From assembly GCA_964344655.1 (NCBI GenBank), contig CAYFOF010000004.1, positions 1,444 to 17,304 on the forward strand: a stretch of 15,861 nucleotides of DNA, in the 5' to 3' direction. This document shows, one piece after another, positions 13,387-15,861 of this stretch (position 1 is the stretch's first letter; each line of letters begins with the position of its first letter). The notes beneath the pieces were generated by a model. That model did no database searches and was not told the origin of the DNA. It saw only the letters and a program-made list of their open reading frames with translations. This stretch comes from Candidatus Woesearchaeota archaeon (GTDB lineage: Archaea; Nanobdellota; Nanobdellia; SCGC-AAA011-G17; PNOQ01). The translations under genes were made by a program, and so were the position numbers.

Positions 13387-14016
13387 CTAATCCTGATTTT
13401 TCCAATTATTCACCTTTTTTAAGAATTTCGGATTTTTAGGATTTATCTCTTTTTCCCATCTCAATAATTTTTCTTTCCCGGCTAAACACAAACAATAGTC
13501 TTTACCAGAATCCCAAGAGTAATGAGTAAAGCACATTTGGTTAAGTAAAGTACTCAAAGTATCCCTTAAATTTTCAGAAGCAAAAGAAAATTTAATTCTC
13601 GGATAATCCTTTTTCTTACTATCATTAACTTTCATAAAATTTAGACAACCATCTGTATCAAATAATCCACGAACAAAAGCCCGTTTAATTTCTAAATCAG
13701 AATTAAAAATATAATCAGGAACTTTAACGGTATATGTTTTTCTACCCGGTTCAAATCCAAGTTCAACCAAAATATCAATAAATTCTTTTTTACAGATTCT
13801 TACTCCCCAACAACCATTTTTTCCGCCATTCCTAGATTTCGACTCAACATCAATATTAAATATATCTTTAATTAAAGGACAAATATTATCCTCATAATAA
13901 GATTTTTCAACCAAATCTCCTCTTAATTCCCAAACCCTTCCAGTATTAGTTTTATATAAAGAACCATCGCCAACGTGTGCTCCAATCAATTCAGCCAATT
14001 CGACAGTCAATCCCAT
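13387..14016 (-). CDS. Free-standing double-motif LAGLIDADG homing-endonuclease-family protein
   Basis: Two LAGLIDADG-type motifs at the expected spacing: LAELIGAHVGDGSL (N-terminal) and FVRGLFDTDGCL (about 100 aa later). The size (209 aa) fits a monomeric two-domain enzyme. It is not embedded in an intron or intein. Confidence 0.85.
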   Translation of the reverse strand: MGLTVELAELIGAHVGDGSLYKTNTGRVWELRGDLVEKSYYEDNICPLIKDIFNIDVESKSRNGGKNGCWGVRICKKEFIDILVELGFEPGRKTYTVKVPDYIFNSDLEIKRAFVRGLFDTDGCLNFMKVNDSKKKDYPRIKFSFASENLRDTLSTLLNQMCFTHYSWDSGKDYCLCLAGKEKLLRWEKEINPKNPKFLKKVNNWKNQD

Positions 14017-14037
14017 AGTAAAAAGTAGAATTATTTA

Positions 14038-14046
14038 TTTATATAT
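14038..14046 (-). promoter_or_regulatory. TATA-like box (minus strand ATATATAAA) for the LAGLIDADG gene
   Basis: Centred about 26 nt upstream of the ATG at 14016. Confidence 0.45.
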
Positions 14047-14128
14047 CCAACGTCAGTGTTTGGCAAGCACTTTCCAAAATACAGAATAAAATCTCTGAAT
14101 CCAAAAATATTCTTTCCTATTTACAAAT

Positions 14129-14138
14129 CTTTAAATAT
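14129..14138 (+). promoter_or_regulatory. TATA-like box (CTTTAAATAT) for the zinc-ribbon gene
   Basis: Centred about 26 nt upstream of the ATG at 14160. Confidence 0.45.
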
Positions 14139-14159
14139 TTCTAATTCTAAAAAATAAAA

Positions 14160-14360
14160 ATGAAAGATAAAACATTAGAAGAAAAAGTAACAAAAATTTT
14201 AGTCACAGTTTTAGATAAGGGACACTATGGTTTTGCTGATTGTGGACATTGCCATGAAACTCTAAGTGAACCTTATTACAAACATAAAGAATGTCCAAAT
14301 TGTGATTATACATTCACAGGGCAACAAGTACTTCCAGGCTATGGAGGAAGTGATTTTTAA
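14160..14360 (+). CDS. Hypothetical small zinc-ribbon protein
   Basis: 66 aa with two CxxC pairs (CGHC ... CPNC) 19 residues apart. A TATA-like box CTTTAAATAT at 14129-14138 is centred about 26 nt upstream of the ATG. Confidence 0.55.
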   Translation: MKDKTLEEKVTKILVTVLDKGHYGFADCGHCHETLSEPYYKHKECPNCDYTFTGQQVLPGYGGSDF

Positions 14361-14370
14361 AATAACAAAA

Positions 14371-14379
14371 TATTTAAAA
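14371..14379 (+). promoter_or_regulatory. TATA-like box (TATTTAAAA) for the CaCA exchanger gene
   Basis: Centred about 27 nt upstream of the ATG at 14402. Confidence 0.4.
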
Positions 14380-14401
14380 CAAAAAAACAAAAATCAACAC
14401 A

Positions 14402-15364
14402 ATGTTAGACATATTAATCTGGACAATAATTTTCATAGCAAGTATATATGTATTAATTAAAGCTTCAGATTACTTTACAGACTCAGCAGAAAAAATAGGT
14501 TTATTTTTAAAAATTCCAGCATTTATTGTTGGTGTTACAATAGTAGCAGTAGGAACCTCACTACCAGAACTAATATCTTCTATATTTGCAGTACTAAACA
14601 ATGCATCAGAAATTGTAGTAGGAAACGTAATTGGTTCAAATATAGCAAATATATTTTTAGTTTTAGGAGTAGCAGCAATTCTTGGTAAAAAATTAAAAGT
14701 TCATTACGGATTAATTCACGTTGATCTCCCAATATTATTTGGGGCAACAATGTTGTTCACAATAGCCATTTGGGATGGACATTTTTCATTAATTGAAGCA
14801 TTACTTTCATTAGCATTACTAATAGTTTATGTAATGTACACAATTACAACACAAAAAACTGATAAAGAAATTAAAAAAGAATTGAAAAAAAGAAATAATT
14901 TCAAAAAACCAAAAACACTTGATAAAAAAGTTTGGTTAACCTTAATTTTAAGTTCAATATTCATCTTTTTAGGGGCAAAATACACAATAGATTCAGTAAT
15001 ACAATTATCAAAAATATTAAACATAGCTACAGAAATAATTGCAATAAGTGCTGTAGCCTTAGGAACATCTCTACCAGAACTTTTCGTTTCATTTACAGCA
15101 GCTAAAAAGGGAAACCCTGAAATGGCAATTGGAAATATTTTAGGATCCAATATTTTTAATACATTAGCAGTAATGGGAATTCCAGCATTGATTGGGAAAC
15201 TAATTATCCCTGCTTCAATATTAACATTTGCTTTACCAGTTATGATAATAGCAACACTAACATATTATTTCACAACTCAAGATAGAGAAGTAACAAAATG
15301 GGAAGGGTGGATGCTATTAATACTTTACATATTATTCATCGGAAAATTATTTAATTTATTTTGA
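14402..15364 (+). CDS. CaCA-family sodium/calcium exchanger membrane protein (YrbG/NCX_Mj-like)
   Basis: Two alpha-repeats carry the signature GTSLPEL (VGTSLPELISS and LGTSLPELFVS), each followed by GN(V/I)(I/L)GSNI(A/F)N. About 10 TM segments are split by a Lys-rich central loop (KTDKEIKKELKKRNNFKKPK). Confidence 0.9.
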   Translation: MLDILIWTIIFIASIYVLIKASDYFTDSAEKIGLFLKIPAFIVGVTIVAVGTSLPELISSIFAVLNNASEIVVGNVIGSNIANIFLVLGVAAILGKKLKVHYGLIHVDLPILFGATMLFTIAIWDGHFSLIEALLSLALLIVYVMYTITTQKTDKEIKKELKKRNNFKKPKTLDKKVWLTLILSSIFIFLGAKYTIDSVIQLSKILNIATEIIAISAVALGTSLPELFVSFTAAKKGNPEMAIGNILGSNIFNTLAVMGIPALIGKLIIPASILTFALPVMIIATLTYYFTTQDREVTKWEGWMLLILYILFIGKLFNLF

Positions 15365-15368
15365 ATAA

Positions 15369-15378
15369 CTTTATAAAT
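15369..15378 (+). promoter_or_regulatory. TATA-like box (CTTTATAAAT) for the 100-aa hypothetical gene
   Basis: Centred about 28 nt upstream of the ATG at 15402. Confidence 0.4.
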
Positions 15379-15401
15379 AACCTGGGCATCTCCTCAAATA
15401 T

Positions 15402-15704
15402 ATGGAAAAAGTAAAAGTAATGTCATCAAGAGTTTTTACAAATACAACTAAAGCAAAAAATGATATAAATGAAATTATAGATAACCTGCCTGAACCACCG
15501 AATGGCTTAGAGTTATTCATACCAAATTCAAAACCAAGAATTGAGGATGCAAATAGAGACGATGCAGTAAATGTTGGCCTAGGTGAATTTATAATGTATT
15601 TTTTATTTAACTATGCACCAAATGGATACATAGCAACAAGAGAAATAGTTCTCACAGGCGAAGAAGAATTAGTAAATGATTATATTTCTTCTCTAGATTT
15701 ATAA
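15402..15704 (+). CDS. Hypothetical protein (100 aa, acidic)
   Basis: ATG-started ORF with a TATA-like box CTTTATAAAT (15369-15378) about 28 nt upstream. No motif recognised. Confidence 0.5.
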   Translation: MEKVKVMSSRVFTNTTKAKNDINEIIDNLPEPPNGLELFIPNSKPRIEDANRDDAVNVGLGEFIMYFLFNYAPNGYIATREIVLTGEEELVNDYISSLDL

Positions 15705-15712
15705 AAAGAAAC

Positions 15713-15721
15713 CTTTAAAAA
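15713..15721 (+). promoter_or_regulatory. TATA-like box (CTTTAAAAA) for initiator tRNA-Met
   Basis: Centred about 29 nt upstream of the mature 5' end at 15746. Confidence 0.45.
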
Positions 15722-15745
15722 CAAACTAAAAGTTTTAATTCATAC

Positions 15746-15820
15746 AGCGGGATGGAGCAGCTAGGAGTGCTCGTCGGGCTCATAACCCGGAGGTCGGAGG
15801 TTCAAATCCTTCTCCCGCTA
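15746..15820 (+). tRNA. tRNA-Met (anticodon CAU), initiator type, 75 nt, no encoded CCA
   Basis: AGCGGGA TG GAGC AGCTAGGAGT GCTC G TCGGG CTCATAA CCCGG AGGTC GGAGG TTCAAAT CCTTC TCCCGCT A. The A1:U72 terminal pair and three consecutive G:C pairs (29-31:39-41) at the base of the anticodon stem are archaeal/eukaryal initiator identity features. The alternative tRNA-Ile2 (CAU) is less likely for the same reasons. Confidence 0.88.
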
Positions 15821-15823
15821 CTC

Positions 15824-15829
15824 TTTTTT
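15824..15829 (+). terminator. Oligo-T tract (T6) immediately downstream of tRNA-Met
   Basis: CTCTTTTTTC starts 1 nt after the discriminator base. Archaeal RNA polymerase terminates at oligo-T tracts. Confidence 0.5.
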
Positions 15830-15861
15830 CAAAACTATTATAAATATTCTAACTTCTAAAG

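Noticed and set aside
14047-14128. Possible small RNA (such as a C/D box sRNA) in the 143-nt divergent spacer
   Set aside because: CTGA-like D boxes occur by chance (for example 14093-14096), but no RUGAUGA C box or terminal stem is present on either strand.
14266-14460. Track ORF 14266-14460 (plus), bridging the zinc-ribbon gene and the exchanger gene
   Set aside because: It is out of frame with both supported genes and spans the promoter-like spacer. No motif was seen, and the exchanger ATG at 14402 has correct TATA spacing.
14827-15150. Track ORF 14827-15150 (minus)
   Set aside because: It is an antisense shadow inside the CaCA exchanger gene.
12225-15820. Topo IB-like gene as a tyrosine integrase of an element integrated at tRNA-Ser and bounded by tRNA-Met
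   Set aside because: RVGSExY, KAKDG and NFYINP match Topo IB rather than recombinase boxes. The intervening genes (LAGLIDADG, zinc ribbon, CaCA exchanger) are not phage- or plasmid-like. I saw no duplicated tRNA 3' segment that could act as an att site, though I could not search exhaustively by eye.
1-15861. CRISPR arrays, tandem or inverted long repeats, transposases, rRNA, and Shine-Dalgarno sites
   Set aside because: No regularly spaced direct repeats or IS-like termini were visible. The recurring 10-mers are short TATA-like promoter elements. No GGAGG-like motif was seen upstream of the starts I inspected, consistent with leaderless or coupled translation.

Overview
Strongly AT-rich, very gene-dense window: by my coordinates only about 740 of 15861 bases lie outside a CDS or tRNA. 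It reads as chromosome from a small-genome archaeon, possibly DPANN-like. This rests on diphthine synthase, an initiator-type tRNA-Met with A1:U72, a bulge-helix-bulge tRNA intron, and TATA-like boxes about 25 nt upstream of apparently leaderless ATGs. No Shine-Dalgarno motif was visible at the starts I inspected. I support 20 CDS and 3 tRNAs: Gly-GCC, an intron-containing class II Ser-GCU, and initiator Met-CAU. One CDS is a 719-codon minus-strand ORF that runs off the left edge and is missing from the supplied ORF track. Recognisable products are a NOL1/NOP2/Sun RNA m5C methyltransferase, a MYG1/UPF0160 protein, a small SAM methyltransferase, a parvulin PPIase and a TGS-less bacterial-type ThrRS. 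Also recognisable are a DUF167/YggU protein, diphthine synthase, a short type IB topoisomerase, a free-standing double-motif LAGLIDADG endonuclease and a CaCA Na+/Ca2+ exchanger. Three proteins look secreted or surface-exposed and several are orphans. I saw no rRNA, CRISPR array, transposase or obvious defence system. The most unusual items are four. (1) The tRNA-Ser intron sits inside the anticodon stem (30/31) and carries a decoy canonical reading as Ile-GAU. (2) A LAGLIDADG gene ends 22 nt upstream of that tRNA, with no TATA match seen for the tRNA. (3) Several stop codons are embedded in the TATA box of the next gene, with spacers of 22-24 nt. (4) An unrecognised gene run at 10304-12111 includes an Arg-rich 78-aa protein. 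All homology calls come from motif recognition by eye; no database search was possible.
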